A DNA stretch of 64,000 nucleotides from Sarea resinae (taxonomy: Eukaryota), in contig JAPEUD010000013.1 in assembly GCA_026026165.1 (NCBI GenBank), forward strand, positions 248,001 through 312,000, written 5' to 3'. A model generated the notes under the pieces. It saw nothing but the letters and a program-made list of their open reading frames with translations, was not told where the DNA came from and made no database searches. This document shows, piece by piece, positions 63,063 to 64,000 of the stretch (position 1 is the first letter of the stretch; each line of letters starts with the position of its first letter). Position numbers and translations under genes: made by a program.

Positions 63063-64000
63063 CTACGGCCTCAACAACAGTTTCCCCGTCGTCCGCCTGG
63101 CCTCGAGGTCCTGCTGCGCGCGCGCAACCTCCTGCAGCGGATAGACGGCGTGCACGCGCACGTCCATGCGCGCGTCCGTCATCAGGCCGAACAGGTCGAC
63201 GCTGTAGGCGTCGAACTCGGCGCGCGTGGCCATGTAGCCGAAGAGCATCGGGCGGGTGAGTTTGATGTTTTTGGGGGAGAGGCGGCTGTTGGTTTTTTGG
63301 GTGGTGGTGGGTTAGCGTTGGTGGGTATAGTGGGGGTAAAGGGGGTAGGAGAACAGAGAGGCAACTCACGCAATCGTCAACGGTGGCACAGCCCCGGACG
63401 CGTTGCCAAACGAGACCATACTGCCCTTCCGCTTCAAGGCCTCCAGGGACGAATCAAACGTGGCCTTGCCCACGCCGTCGAAAACCGCCGCCACGCCCTC
63501 GCCGCCCGTGGCCTCCTTGACCTTGGCCACGACGTCGTCCTCGGTATAGCGCACCAGCACGTCGGCGCCCGCCTTCTGGGCCAGCTCCAGCTTGGCCGGC
63601 GTGCTCGCCGTCGCGATGACGTGCGCCCCGATCGCCTTGAGGATCTGCACCAGCCACAGGCCCACGCCGCCCGCGGCCGCGTGCACGAGCACCCACTCGC
63701 CCGCCCGCGTCGGGTGCGCCTCCCGCACCAGCGTCAGCGCCGTCATGCCCTGCAGGAGAGCCGCGGCCGCCTGGCCCGGCTGCAGCGCCGCGGGTACCTT
63801 GGTCGTGTGCAGGGCGGGCACGGCGGCGTATTCGGCGTACGCGGCGAAGCCGAGCCAGGCGACGCGGTCGCCGACCGCGAGGCCGTACGTGTTGTCGGGC
63901 GTCGAGTTGGGGCCCAGGGATACGATTGTGCCTTCGGCTTCGCGGCCGAGGATGTAGGGTTTATTGCTTGGGTAGAGGCCGGTGCGGAAGTAGCTGTTGG
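63063..64000 (-). CDS. ZTA1: NADPH:quinone reductase (zeta-crystallin, MDR family), 5' end outside the window
   Basis: YFRTGLYP..PYILGREAEG, AAALLQGMTALTL, VHAAAGGVG, VFDGVGKATF, VSFGNASG, TTGKLLL; intron about 63369-63287. Confidence 0.9.

Overview
Gene-dense, intron-containing fungal chromosome segment from a filamentous ascomycete (Pezizomycotina-type genes; GT-AG introns of about 50-70 nt with CTRAC/CTAAY branch sites). It holds about 29 protein-coding loci, mostly conserved housekeeping genes. In order: DUF4385, ESA1, a J-domain protein, FIG4, a Git3/GPR1-type GPCR, two hypothetical proteins, CEF1, DCS1, a GFA protein, a truncated C2HC+Zn2Cys6 transcription factor, a PMP3/SNA-family proteolipid, YUH1/UCH, RPC37, UDP-glucose 4-epimerase, a SUN protein, 3-hydroxyisobutyrate dehydrogenase, a hypothetical protein, an HRI-like eIF2-alpha kinase, PEX12, ESF2, NMD3, ATP25, an MT-A70/METTL4-like methyltransferase, LEU5, CCA1, ARB1 and a partial zeta-crystallin quinone reductase. 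The most striking observation is that the CCA-adding tRNA nucleotidyltransferase runs in frame, with no stop codon, into a Tti2-like (TTT-complex) domain, giving one fusion ORF of about 1000 aa. Other observations: a box C/D snoRNA candidate in an intron of the dehydrogenase, three GC-AG introns, a DPPY variant of the MT-A70 active site, a probable rearrangement breakpoint at about 22.7 kb, a uORF before the eIF2-alpha kinase, and alternating C-rich/G-rich tracts with microsatellites around gene ends. All family assignments come from motif recognition by eye; no database search was run.
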